From positions 32,001 to 96,000 of the forward strand of contig JBDTZG010000006.1 of assembly GCA_040005235.1 (NCBI GenBank): a stretch of 64,000 nt of DNA, given 5' to 3'. The position numbers and the translations under genes are program-made. Under the pieces are notes generated by a model, which was given only the letters and a program-made list of their open reading frames with translations, had not been told where the DNA came from and made no database searches. Positions 9,460 to 19,158 of this stretch are shown in pieces (position 1 is the first letter of the stretch; every line of letters starts with the position of its first letter). This DNA is from Acidobacteriota bacterium (GTDB lineage: Bacteria; Acidobacteriota; Thermoanaerobaculia; Multivoradales; UBA5704).

Positions 9460-10158
9460 ATGGTTCAAAAGAAGCTCTTGGCCTGTTTCGGCCTTGCTGT
9501 CGGCATTCTGTTCGCGGTTCCCCCTGATGTACAAGGCGAGTTTTTCGGCATACCTCTCTCCGACACCCTATTCACCTTTGAGGTCAAGGTTCCTGGCTCC
9601 GAGTGCATCAGCGTACGCGACTCGAAAAGTTTCATCGACAAGCTATTGGGAAGTAATGATCAGGCGCCAGCGAAAATCAAGAATTGCCCCCAAGTTGCAA
9701 CCCGCGAAGGAACGTTATTCCATATCCAAGACACGACCAATGGCTATTGGTACGGCTTCATAGTTGTCCGAGAAGCCAAAGGCGGGGTGTCGGTTTCTCG
9801 ATTTAGCCTCACCCAGGATCGGATCGCTGGGCAAGCTGTTGTTCAAGATGCTGACAAACCACAATTGGTCCAGGTCGGCGGCGAAGCCTCGTTTCCATTC
9901 TCCAAGAAACCGGCGGCCCCCAAGATCAGGCTTGAATTGCTTGGAGAGGAAGAGGGTTCCTTTCCCAATTCTCCACCCTATACCGATCCGATTGACTCCG
10001 ATAATCATGCCCAAGCAGAATTCCTTAGACTCATATACGGAGACCCAAGCGCATCGATTTGCTGCGTCGGATGCGGTCCGATTCGAGTTTGTGGCGATAG
10101 CGTAAATCTCGGTTGCGGCGCATGCGGTGGTGGCGGTGGCGGGTATGGTCAAATCTAA
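9460..10158 (+). CDS. secreted hypothetical protein with Cys-rich, Gly-tailed C-terminus
   Basis: Signal-peptide-like MVQKKLLACFGLAVGILFAV. Ends CCVGCGPIRVCGDSVNLGCGACGGGGGGYGQI. AT-richer codon usage. Confidence 0.7.
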   Translation: MVQKKLLACFGLAVGILFAVPPDVQGEFFGIPLSDTLFTFEVKVPGSECISVRDSKSFIDKLLGSNDQAPAKIKNCPQVATREGTLFHIQDTTNGYWYGFIVVREAKGGVSVSRFSLTQDRIAGQAVVQDADKPQLVQVGGEASFPFSKKPAAPKIRLELLGEEEGSFPNSPPYTDPIDSDNHAQAEFLRLIYGDPSASICCVGCGPIRVCGDSVNLGCGACGGGGGGYGQI

Positions 10159-10234
10159 ATGGGTGGATTTCGCCGGAAAATTCATCTTGTAGGCAGCTAG
10201 ACCCTTTCCCCCAAGTCTGGGCAGGAGATGAACT

Positions 10235-11563
10235 TTGTCTGTCCGAGGACGTCCTTTTTTCCTCGCAGGTACACTCTGTCTACTTTGGGTGGTCGTAATT
10301 CTAAGTTGCCATTCAACGAGGCTGGTCCTTGCCGAGCCAACAATTGTCAACGCCGGAATGGGCGCTCCCCAGGACCTGTGGTTTTCTCCCGACGGATCAC
10401 TGGTCGCTGCCTATTCGAAGGGGCTTGCGCTTACGATTGTCAAATATGACCCAAGGACGGCAATGCCGCCGAAGGTAAAGCTGCTGGACTTCAGGGTTCT
10501 TGGAAAAGAACTGGGCTCCGTCACTGGACTTACCACGAATTTGCCTCTTCCGGCGTTAGGATCAGACGTTGTTGGGCGGTCGAATGGTGGACGCGGGACC
10601 AAGCTTATTTATTCAATTTCGGCAGACGCCAAGACCATTGCGTGGGCTGATGGCTCTACGGTAAAGGTGAGGGCGACTCAAGACTTCACCGGTCGCATGG
10701 GCGCTCAGGGCATGGTGACAGCCGACGAGACCGTCTTTTCGGTAGTACTGACCGCAGAAGGTATGGTCAGTGTCCTTGGACCCAGCGGAACGCTTACGAC
10801 CTATAGCAGTGGTACGCAGGAGAGACTGCTTCCGTACATAAAGCTCCCGACCGGAAGATGGAAGCTCAGCTCGCGAGGTCCTCGAATTGCGGCTGCAGAT
10901 TTTGCAGGAGGTAAAGCAGGACTGGTGGTCCTTGATCCGCCTTCGATGTTAGGCAAAGAATCTAGGTCTCCGGCGATTATCTTTCCAGGGGAAGAAATGG
11001 CCGAAGGAAGTCAAGTGGTGTTGGCTGCCAGCAAACGACTCCTAATCGGAGGCAGAGACGGATTGATAACAAGAGTTACATACAGCAAAGAAGGCCGAGC
11101 CAAGGCAAGCTTGCTTCTGCCGACCGGCGGAGGAGTGCGAGCAATTGCGCCGCTTGGAGGAAGTGACTTTGCCGTCGGAGGTGATTTCTCTGGAGTTTTT
11201 TTAGTCTCTCGGTTTCAGTTGGTTCAGTCGATTGCGGCTGGTCCGGCTGGGGTTCGACGAATCGCTGTCAACGGCGACTACATCGCTATTGCAACTGATC
11301 GTGAGCTTTTGGTCATGAAACGCACTCTTTCAATCAGGCTGGACGAATCCGGGAAATATTGGATCGGTTTGATGCTGTCGATAATTGGCGTCCTTGGATT
11401 TTATCAAACCTGCCTAGGCGAGCGAGGAACCAATGGGCTTCCCAACCGGGTGGACACACTCGTTGAGCTCGGTGCCGAAACGATTTCGCCAAGCCTTACC
11501 CCCCACACCCCAACCGAACCCGCTTCTTCTCCGCCCGGTGTTCCGCCAGCGACAGCTCCTTGA
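10235..11563 (+). CDS. membrane-anchored beta-propeller (WD40-like) hypothetical protein
   Basis: N- and C-terminal hydrophobic helices and blade-like motifs (WFSPDGSLVAA, ISADAKTIAWA, LLIGGRDGLI, VRAIAPLG). The 3' end overlaps the convergent gene. Confidence 0.6.
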   Translation: MSVRGRPFFLAGTLCLLWVVVILSCHSTRLVLAEPTIVNAGMGAPQDLWFSPDGSLVAAYSKGLALTIVKYDPRTAMPPKVKLLDFRVLGKELGSVTGLTTNLPLPALGSDVVGRSNGGRGTKLIYSISADAKTIAWADGSTVKVRATQDFTGRMGAQGMVTADETVFSVVLTAEGMVSVLGPSGTLTTYSSGTQERLLPYIKLPTGRWKLSSRGPRIAAADFAGGKAGLVVLDPPSMLGKESRSPAIIFPGEEMAEGSQVVLAASKRLLIGGRDGLITRVTYSKEGRAKASLLLPTGGGVRAIAPLGGSDFAVGGDFSGVFLVSRFQLVQSIAAGPAGVRRIAVNGDYIAIATDRELLVMKRTLSIRLDESGKYWIGLMLSIIGVLGFYQTCLGERGTNGLPNRVDTLVELGAETISPSLTPHTPTEPASSPPGVPPATAP

Positions 11564-13457
11564 ACGCTGGAAAGTCTGCGATTTCCACAAAGCGCCTTTT
11601 CGTTTCCGCCGTCCGTTCCAAGATCGCCAATCCGTCTTCGAAGCGCACGGTCTGGTGGAAGCTGCCCAGCGCGTTTTCGGTCGCGGTGTCTTGGGGTTCC
11701 AGTTTGCAGGCAGCCTCCGGCAGGCGGAAGCGCCAGATGGTTTTGGCGATGCCGGGGGAGAGGACGACCGGGATGGGGTTCGTGGCCCGATTGTCGAGCA
11801 CTCCGGTCGAGGGGGTGGCCGAGAGCGAGGTCGCTTGGAAGGAGCGGGAGGCGTTGCCGAGCAGGCCGGGGATGGTGAGCTGGATCGACGCCGTGGCGTG
11901 GGGGAGACCTTCTCGTTCGGGTTGCCAGCTCAGGCGACCGAGGGTGGCTCCCGGGAACAGTCCGGCGAAGAGGGCGCGCAGGGTGGCGTCGATCTCGTTG
12001 GGCTGCTTGTCCGCTAGGGTTTCGATCATCGAGGCCGCTTGCCAGCCGGAGAGGTCGAGCTTGGCTTGGCCTTTGGCGTCTCCCGTCGGCGGTTCGGCCG
12101 TGGCGACGCTCAGGTCGATCGTCAGGGTACGGGCCTCGCCGACCGGCAGCGTCGGCGTCCGGACAAGCTCGCTCTGTTCCCCTTGGTCGCCGCGGACGAC
12201 CAGGGCGTCCTGGTCCTGGTCGTGCGGCGCGAGCCAGACCAGCGAGGAGCCGATCTCTTGGGTCGCGTCGACGAACAGGTAACCTCCAGCGACCGGAGCC
12301 CCAGGCGGTAGGTCGAGACCGGCGACCGGGAGCGCCGCGATCGCGTGGTTGAAATCGAACGGCGAGGGAAAATCGCGGTCGATCCGGCCGAATCGATCTA
12401 GGCGGATCAGCACCGGATAGGCCTCGATGCCGGCCGCGGCGAGCAGATCGACCAGCAGAACCGCCTTGTCCTTGCAGTCGCCGTACTTCTTGCCGATCGC
12501 CTCGGCCGGCGCGTGCGGAATGTAGCCGCCGACTCCGACCTCGATCGCGACGTAGCGGACATCGCGCTGGGCGTAGCGGGCGAGCGCCGCGAGTTTTTGC
12601 TGCCTCGTGGCCGTGGCGCCCAATGCCCGGACCACTCGGTCCGCTTCGGCCCTCACTTCCGGCGCGCCGCGCGGCACGGTTCGGAGCAGGTTCGCCCACC
12701 AGGCGGCGACGCCTTTCCAATCGGGCGCCGGCCCCCAGGCGAAACGCAGGGTCGGCCCCGGATCGGTGGGGGCCGAATCGAGATCGCGGTCGGCGGGCAG
12801 GTCGTGCCCGGTAATGCGAACTCCTCCAGCGATCGGCTCGATCTCCAGGTTGCCGGTCGGACCGGAGACATGGAACCGAAAGCCCGGCCCCGCGCCGTTG
12901 ACTTCGACCGATAGGGCGGCGGTCTTGTCGCGGCCGGGGGAGAGGTCGATCAGGCCGCCGGGAAAGTACGGCTGTTCGACGACCGCCGATTCGACTTCCA
13001 GGGTCGAGCCGACCGGTCCGGCAGGGAAGTTCACGGTGCGGACTTTGACCGCGCTGTGGAGCACCCCGGCCGAGCTGACCTCAGCGGTGTCGAGAGCCTT
13101 CTTGCCCGCTTCGATCACCTTGCCGCCGGGCTGGATCGTCCGGGCGGCGAGTTGCTCGATGTGGGCGTTCTCGTCGTACCCGACGGGGTAGGGGGACCAA
13201 GCGGCGAAGTCCTCCGCCGCTTCGAGCCGGACGCGAATCTTCTCGCTGGTGCGCATCGAGCCGTCCGGGCGCACCTCGGCGACCACCGTTCGTTCGAGTA
13301 CGGTCGCGGCACGGGCCGGGTTCCCGCCGAATGATCCGAGCGCCACGAGCGCGCCGGCCGTTCCTATCGTTGCGAGCCGGACGAGCAGGGTGGGCGGAAA
13401 ATTCCGCCGCCGCCCGGCAACCGACCTAGCGACGGACGAGGACGAGAGCCTGTGCAT
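11496..13457 (-). CDS. DUF3857 / transglutaminase-like domain protein (catalytic Cys intact)
   Basis: VRYVAIEVGVGGYIPH, YGDCKDKAVLL, FNHAIA, FVDAT. Start approximate (ATG 13457). Confidence 0.85.
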   Translation of the reverse strand: MHRLSSSSVARSVAGRRRNFPPTLLVRLATIGTAGALVALGSFGGNPARAATVLERTVVAEVRPDGSMRTSEKIRVRLEAAEDFAAWSPYPVGYDENAHIEQLAARTIQPGGKVIEAGKKALDTAEVSSAGVLHSAVKVRTVNFPAGPVGSTLEVESAVVEQPYFPGGLIDLSPGRDKTAALSVEVNGAGPGFRFHVSGPTGNLEIEPIAGGVRITGHDLPADRDLDSAPTDPGPTLRFAWGPAPDWKGVAAWWANLLRTVPRGAPEVRAEADRVVRALGATATRQQKLAALARYAQRDVRYVAIEVGVGGYIPHAPAEAIGKKYGDCKDKAVLLVDLLAAAGIEAYPVLIRLDRFGRIDRDFPSPFDFNHAIAALPVAGLDLPPGAPVAGGYLFVDATQEIGSSLVWLAPHDQDQDALVVRGDQGEQSELVRTPTLPVGEARTLTIDLSVATAEPPTGDAKGQAKLDLSGWQAASMIETLADKQPNEIDATLRALFAGLFPGATLGRLSWQPEREGLPHATASIQLTIPGLLGNASRSFQATSLSATPSTGVLDNRATNPIPVVLSPGIAKTIWRFRLPEAACKLEPQDTATENALGSFHQTVRFEDGLAILERTAETKRRFVEIADFPAFKELSLAEHRAEKKRVRLGCGG

Positions 13458-15378
13458 CGCTTTTGGCCGCCGTCGCGAACAGGTCGCGCGCAAAGTCGCA
13501 TTCCTCTCGGCTGGAAAGCTGCTTTTCGCGCACTGCGAACGTGCGGTGGATCGTCGCCTTCCGGCCCGGATCGTCGATCTGAATCGCGAGCGCGAACGCC
13601 CCTGCCGCGCTGTCGCTTTTGGCGGTGCGGGGCGCGGATTCGACATGCCACCCCTCTGGCCAGGCGATCTCGAAATCGACTTGCTCGGTATAGGGGAAAT
13701 CGAACAGGATCGGGGAGCGGCGCTGCGCCGTGGAGGCCGAGAACGGTTCCCTCTGCGGTCCGAGCGGCCGGCTCGTGGCGAGCGTCGCCTCATCGCCGAG
13801 GGCGTCGTCTTCCTTTTGGATCATCGTCCAGGTCATCGAGAGACTGCGATCTTCGACCGATTCCTTGGTGGCCACCTCGGTGAAGTCATACCCCTCGAAG
13901 TGCTCGGCGAGCCAGTCGTTCCAGGCCTCGGTGGTTTTCTCCGGCGTTTCGCGCCAACGGAGCTTGGACGTCGCCGAGAGCCCGGAGAGCTCCAGCTTGC
14001 CGGTTCCGGAAAGGCGGCCGCCTGCGCCGACTTGAAGCGTGACGGTCGCTTTTTCGACGTTCTGCTCGGCGGGGCTTTGGGCGAGCACCACCCCTTCCGG
14101 TTTCTTCGGGTCGGGCAGCAGGGCGGCCGTCCCTTCGTAGTCGGCGTCGAGGCGGCCGAAGCCGAGGCGGCGATCGGTCGGATCGAGGTAGACGCGCCCG
14201 CCATCCTTCGGTCCCAGCTCGACCGCCACCAGCACGCGATCGAACCAAGCGGGGTTGGCGACCTGGGCATCGATCAGGCCGCTGCTTCGCGAGCCCGCCC
14301 AGACCCGCTTGGCGTCGAGCTTCAGGGCGTCGAGCATGGTTTCGAGCAGCAGCGCTTTTTCCGCCGCCGTGCCGTGTCCGGCGCGCAGGATCGCGTCGGC
14401 CGAAGGCTCCGTCCCGGTGAGGAAGATGCCGGTATTGTCGTCATCGAGCGCGATCTCGTCGCGGACGAAGGTATAGATCGCCGCGGCCCGGTCGCGCGGG
14501 CCGGTTCCCGCCTTCTGGGCCAGGGCCTGCGCCTTCTTACCCGATTCGCCACCGCGGCGACGGGCCTTTTCCCAGGTCTCCTTCAAGAAATCAGAGGTCG
14601 CCGCCCAATTCTCCATCAGCCGCAGGTGGACGGTCCCCTCGTCGAACACGGTCGGTACCAGCATGATCTGGGTCGCGAGATCGGCGAACGGCAGGCCGTA
14701 TGGCTCGTCCAGGATCGGCGGCAGATTCTCGGCCCATGCGCGCAGCGTGCGTTTTCCGACGTCGCGCCCCTGTTCGGTCTTCACCCCAGCCCGGAACGGG
14801 TCGCGCATCCAGGTCTGAACTCCGAGCGAGCCGGGGATCAGATAGCGGATCTCGGCCGAGCGGACCGGAATGTCGGACGAGAAGTAAAACGGCTCCAGGT
14901 AAAAGATGTTGTCGAAGCGCAGCTCGTACTCGGCGTCGAGGATCGCGCCCACCTCGACGTTGGGGAAGGCGAGCGAGGTGACGAAGTACTTTCGGCTTTT
15001 GGAGAGCTTGCGCTTAAACTTGGCGTCCTTGGCTAGCTCGACCACTCGACCGTCGGGGAGCACGGTGCGTGCCGTGAGGCTGTAGAGCCGGACGAACGAG
15101 GAATGGAAGAGCTGGATCTCGCCCCGGTCTTTGCCCTGCTCGGTGAGGATCTTCACCCGCTCGCGCACGATCACGCGGGACGAAATGTCGCTGCTCGCCG
15201 GGTCCATCATGCGGAATTCGGCTTTCCGGAAAAGCACCACGGCGCGGGCGTTCGGCGAGCCGGCCACCTGGGTGAGGACTTTTTCTTCGGCCGAAATCGG
15301 CGGAAATTCAGCCCGCGCTGCGGGCGGCAGGAGCACCAGGAGGCTGAAGACGGGGACGAATAGGGCGATTCGAGACAT
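13426..15378 (-). CDS. DUF3857 / transglutaminase-like domain protein (catalytic Cys absent)
   Basis: Signal peptide, ERVKILTEQG, AFPNVEVGAILD, YLDPT. GHGTAAEKA sits where the partner has GDCKDKA. Confidence 0.8.
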   Translation of the reverse strand: MSRIALFVPVFSLLVLLPPAARAEFPPISAEEKVLTQVAGSPNARAVVLFRKAEFRMMDPASSDISSRVIVRERVKILTEQGKDRGEIQLFHSSFVRLYSLTARTVLPDGRVVELAKDAKFKRKLSKSRKYFVTSLAFPNVEVGAILDAEYELRFDNIFYLEPFYFSSDIPVRSAEIRYLIPGSLGVQTWMRDPFRAGVKTEQGRDVGKRTLRAWAENLPPILDEPYGLPFADLATQIMLVPTVFDEGTVHLRLMENWAATSDFLKETWEKARRRGGESGKKAQALAQKAGTGPRDRAAAIYTFVRDEIALDDDNTGIFLTGTEPSADAILRAGHGTAAEKALLLETMLDALKLDAKRVWAGSRSSGLIDAQVANPAWFDRVLVAVELGPKDGGRVYLDPTDRRLGFGRLDADYEGTAALLPDPKKPEGVVLAQSPAEQNVEKATVTLQVGAGGRLSGTGKLELSGLSATSKLRWRETPEKTTEAWNDWLAEHFEGYDFTEVATKESVEDRSLSMTWTMIQKEDDALGDEATLATSRPLGPQREPFSASTAQRRSPILFDFPYTEQVDFEIAWPEGWHVESAPRTAKSDSAAGAFALAIQIDDPGRKATIHRTFAVREKQLSSREECDFARDLFATAAKSDAQALVLVRR

Positions 15379-15582
15379 CGATCCTCCGAAAATCGGATCA
15401 GGAACGTGCGCGCGTAAGGCTCATGCTAGCAGGCCTCCGCCAACCCCTTGGACACCGTCGCCACGGTTTCGTGGTGAATTGTGACGAAGTCGTCATCCAA
15501 AGCGTCGGGCGCCGCGTAGAGGGTTTGAACAGGCGGACCGAGGCCACCTTCGGAGCCTTTCGGGGGCCGCCGCAGGAACCGG

Positions 15583-16269
15583 GTGGAAGACCAGGAGGTT
15601 CAGGTGCCGCAAGCGCTGCAGGCCGGTCAATGGTTCGGACAGGGGCCGACGGCCGCCGGGAACGGCGGAGCGCTTCGCTCTGGCGTATATTCCGGGCAAA
15701 CGTTCGCCACTCGGGAGACCGTCCGCTTGAGCCTCCGTACCGCCGATGCCGACGATTCGGCACTGCTCGCCGCCATCGCGCGAGGCGAGATCAACGCCTT
15801 TCAGGTTTTCTACGATCGCTATGCCGCGCGCGTCACCTCCTACGTGCGGCAGCTGAGCCGCGACCGGGAATCGGTCGAGGACATGGTCCAAGACGTGTTC
15901 GTCGCAGTGTGGAGGAAGGCCGGGAGCTACAGCCCGGAGCGGGGCGACGCGGCGGGCTGGCTCTATACGATGACCCGCAACAAGCTGGTCGACCAGTGGC
16001 GTCGCGTCCGCGAAAAGGCGGTCGAGCTCGACGCCATGCACTCCTGGGAAATGCCGGCGATTGCGCCGCCCGAAGAAGATCTCTACCTGTCCGTCCGCCA
16101 GGCGCTGTTCCAGGTTGCCCCGGATCAGCGCGAGGCGATCGAAATGGCCTATTTCGGCGGCCTCACCTACGAGGAGACGGCGGTTCGTCTCGACCTTCCC
16201 GTGGGCACCTTGAAATCGAGAATTCGCGCCGGTCTGCGCTCTTTGCGCTCGGTGCTGGAAGCGGGGTAA
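15583..16269 (+). CDS. ECF RNA polymerase sigma factor (RpoE/SigK-like)
   Basis: EDMVQDVFVAVW, WLYTMTRNKLVD, AYFGGLTYEETA..PVGTLKSRIRAGL. Start uncertain. Confidence 0.92.
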   Translation: MEDQEVQVPQALQAGQWFGQGPTAAGNGGALRSGVYSGQTFATRETVRLSLRTADADDSALLAAIARGEINAFQVFYDRYAARVTSYVRQLSRDRESVEDMVQDVFVAVWRKAGSYSPERGDAAGWLYTMTRNKLVDQWRRVREKAVELDAMHSWEMPAIAPPEEDLYLSVRQALFQVAPDQREAIEMAYFGGLTYEETAVRLDLPVGTLKSRIRAGLRSLRSVLEAG

Positions 16270-16273
16270 ATTC

Positions 16274-16930
16274 GTGCATCCACCCGAAGACATCCTCCTT
16301 TCGTTCGTTTCGGGCGAGGCCGATCTCGCCCGGCGGGCGCTGATCGAAGGGCATCTCGACGGTTGCCCCGATTGCCGCGCGTCTATCCGGTCGCTCTCGG
16401 TGCCGGGGGCCCGGTTGTTGGCCGGGATGCCCGGCAAAGCAGCCGATTCGGCCGGCTCCTCCGGACTTTGGGATCGCCTGCGCGCCCGCGTGGCGGAGAT
16501 CGGACCGCCGCCGTCGTTCGAAACGTCCCCTTTAGCCCAATATCCAGTGCCGGCCGGGGCGTTGCGCGAGCTCGGCGACCGCAGCGGAGTCGAGCCGCAA
16601 TGGCGGTTCGCGGGCACTATAGGGGCCGCGTTCACCATCCTCTCCCGCGACGCCGGGACCGGGGCGATGCTACTTCTCGGCCGGATAAAGCCGGCGAAGT
16701 TCTTTCCCGAGCACCGCCACGCCGGGCTCGAAGAGATTCTGATCCTCCGCGGCGGCTTCGAAGACCAATACGGCGACTTTACGGCCGGCATGTACACGTC
16801 GTACGAGCCGGGCACCGTCCATCGCCCGTGGATCGACGAGCAGGAGCCCTGCTGGATGCTCAGCCGGCTGGAGAAACCGGTCGAGTTCCTCGGCTGGCGG
16901 GGCGTGGCGCAGCGGATGCTGGGCAACTAG
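16274..16930 (+). CDS. ChrR-like zinc anti-sigma factor with cupin domain
   Basis: N-terminal His plus HLDGCPDC (HxxxCxxC), and cupin FPEHRHAGLEEILILRGGFED..HRP. Confidence 0.88.
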   Translation: MHPPEDILLSFVSGEADLARRALIEGHLDGCPDCRASIRSLSVPGARLLAGMPGKAADSAGSSGLWDRLRARVAEIGPPPSFETSPLAQYPVPAGALRELGDRSGVEPQWRFAGTIGAAFTILSRDAGTGAMLLLGRIKPAKFFPEHRHAGLEEILILRGGFEDQYGDFTAGMYTSYEPGTVHRPWIDEQEPCWMLSRLEKPVEFLGWRGVAQRMLGN

Positions 16931-17194
16931 GTCAAAATCTGGCAATAGTTGGACAAGACATCTAGGGTCACTGCTGCGAGCGGCAGGAAGATCGCGGCCG
17001 GAATCTTCGCAGCTAGGTGCCCGAGTCCCGATTGCAGTGCGACCCGGCGCGATTCGAGATCGTGGCGCGCGGCAAATCCGGGGTGGGCGGTGCTTACGAC
17101 GCCTGGCGGCGGCTCCCCGTGCGCCTCAGAGGCGAGAAGTTCGATCCGCGCCACGGGCGGAAAGAGGAGTGAGCAAGCGGGGGCATAGAATCCC

Positions 17195-17602
17195 TTGATC
17201 CCGCTGATGAATTGGATTGTGCTCGGCTTCCTGCCGATCGACCGCATGCGCCAAAGTCGCCATCCGGCCTATGGTGCCGCTTGCGGCCAGCTGCTGCTCG
17301 CCCGGCGCACCGCCTACGAAACCGCCGGAGGGCCGCGATCGCCCGCTTCGTCCATGACGCGCTCAAGCTGGCTCGCAGCTTCCGCGCCGGCAGGCCCCTG
17401 GTCGCTCGCCCTCTCCACTGTCGCCCTAACGGCCGGCTGGGCGGCGCGCTTCGCCGCAGCGATCCGGTTTCGCCAGCCGCTCCTCGGCGCGCTTCTCCAC
17501 CCGCTTGGGATCGCCCTCTTCCTCGCGATCCAATGGCACGCCCTCGCCCGCCACTACGTGGGGAAGCCGGCGGTCTGGAAGGGGCGGGCGCTCGCGGGGT
17601 AA
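17195..17602 (+). pseudogene. truncated, frameshifted GT2 glycosyltransferase remnant (CrtQ/HpnB-like)
   Basis: AACGQLLLARRTAYETAGG continues in another frame as AAIARFVHDALKLARSFRAG, then jumps to the C-terminal LLHPLG..WKGR. The N-terminal catalytic domain is missing. Confidence 0.7.
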
Positions 17603-17612
17603 CCAACTGGTT

Positions 17613-18026
17613 TCAGACACTGCCACGCGGAACGACCCACTCAACGGGCTGACCCGTGACCCTAGCGATCTGATCAAAGTCGGCGTCGTAGTGAAGTACG
17701 GTGAGCCCTGCCGATTCCGCTGCAGCCGCGACGATCAAGTCTGGAATTGGCAGGCGGTGTCTTCCCGTTCGCGCTAGCTCGCCCTGTACCTCGATCGCCC
17801 TGTCGAAGATCTGCTCCGTGAGGAGTACGCTCTCGAAGGCCAGCTTACGGCGCAGCCGAATCCTCTCGTGTTCCTCATGGTTGCGGGCACTGAATAGAAC
17901 TTCGAGGTCGACGACCGCGCAGGTGGCGATCTCGCCTGACTCGATCAGCGGCGCGAGGCGCGCGCGAACCGTCGCCAAAGGCATCCGAGCAAGGGCACTC
18001 TTATCAGCGAGGAACCGAGCCCGCAT
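17613..18026 (-). CDS. vapC: VapC-like PIN-domain toxin
   Basis: LADKSA, DLEVLFSAR, IPDLIVAAAA..LHYDADFD. ATG overlaps the antitoxin stop (TGATG). Confidence 0.92.
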   Translation of the reverse strand: MRARFLADKSALARMPLATVRARLAPLIESGEIATCAVVDLEVLFSARNHEEHERIRLRRKLAFESVLLTEQIFDRAIEVQGELARTGRHRLPIPDLIVAAAAESAGLTVLHYDADFDQIARVTGQPVEWVVPRGSV

Positions 18027-18238
18027 CAGCGCCAAGCTTGCGCCATGATTTGCGGGTCCGCCAAATCCATCCCCTCCATGACCGAGAGGGCGCGAACCTC
18101 CTCACGCCGAGCTACCGCACGCAGGACCTCGCGGAACGCCACTTCGATGGTTTCGCGGACGGTCTTTGTCGATAAAGCATCTCGCGTGGCTGCGAGCAAC
18201 TCCTCGTCAATCTCAACGCTCGTCTTTCGGACGGCCAT
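18026..18238 (-). CDS. vapB: VapB-like antitoxin
   Basis: KTSVEIDEELLAAT..TKTVRETIEVAFREV, directly upstream of the PIN toxin. Confidence 0.88.
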   Translation of the reverse strand: MAVRKTSVEIDEELLAATRDALSTKTVRETIEVAFREVLRAVARREEVRALSVMEGMDLADPQIMAQAWR

Positions 18239-18321
18239 ATCTTCTGCCTCGTCGCAAATATATCAAAGATTCGGCTCCGAGGATATCATTTATGGTGCGC
18301 CGGATATATCGCTTCGTCTAC

Positions 18322-19158
18322 CTACAGCCAGCGGATCGCACCGCCCTGAATCGCCTTGGTCTTCGGGTCCTGAACGAAAGCCGCGACGCCGAGTTTCCTT
18401 CCGGCCGTCGCCTCTCCGACCTGTAGATCGACCGAACCGGTGCCATGACCACCCGGGGCGGCGCCGAGGGCGAAGGCCCGCAGTAGCCTACGGACGACGG
18501 CGTCGTTTTTGAGCGTCCGGCCGCCGTTTTCACCTCGGCCGACTTTCGTCACCAGGCCGTTTTCGACCAATGCTACGAGCACGTCCGCGTCGCGCGGCAG
18601 CGCTCCGGCGTGGGAGGCGGTGACCTTCGCGCGCAGGCCGGCGGGGGTTTTCTCAACCGTAAGGTCCAGATCGACCGCCGGTTTTTCCGCCAGCGCCTTG
18701 GCGATCGCCGCGCGCACTTTTCGCTCTTCCGAGCCGGTCATCTCCTCAGTGCCGTTCACCACCAGCTGCGGCGTATAGATCCGGTTCGTGTTGTACGCCT
18801 GGGCGTATTGCTTCTGGCGCGCCGACCAGTCGGCCGAGGAGAAGGGATCGGTCCAGCCGATGTAATCCCAATAGTCGACGTGGTACGCGAGCGGCACCAC
18901 CTTGCCCGCGAAGGCCGGTTCGGCGGCGATTTCCGACAGCAGCCGGTCGGCCGGCGGGCAGCTCGAACACCCCTGCGAGGTGAACAGCTCTACCACCGCG
19001 ATGCTCCCCGCCGGAGGAGGAGCCGCAGCAAGCGCCGGAGTCGAGGATTGAGATGGCGAGTGGAGCATCAGAAAGGCGGCGAGCGCCAAGGCGCCGAGTG
19101 CCAGCGCCGGAATCAGCCGTGCGGAGTGGGAAGTGGAGGAAGTTGGAGTATCGAGCAT
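18322..19158 (-). CDS. DUF1223 thioredoxin-like secreted protein
   Basis: VVELFTSQGCSSCPPAD, HVDYWDYIGWTDPF, YTPQLVVNG. GGAGG RBS before ATG 19158. Confidence 0.9.
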   Translation of the reverse strand: MLDTPTSSTSHSARLIPALALGALALAAFLMLHSPSQSSTPALAAAPPPAGSIAVVELFTSQGCSSCPPADRLLSEIAAEPAFAGKVVPLAYHVDYWDYIGWTDPFSSADWSARQKQYAQAYNTNRIYTPQLVVNGTEEMTGSEERKVRAAIAKALAEKPAVDLDLTVEKTPAGLRAKVTASHAGALPRDADVLVALVENGLVTKVGRGENGGRTLKNDAVVRRLLRAFALGAAPGGHGTGSVDLQVGEATAGRKLGVAAFVQDPKTKAIQGGAIRWL

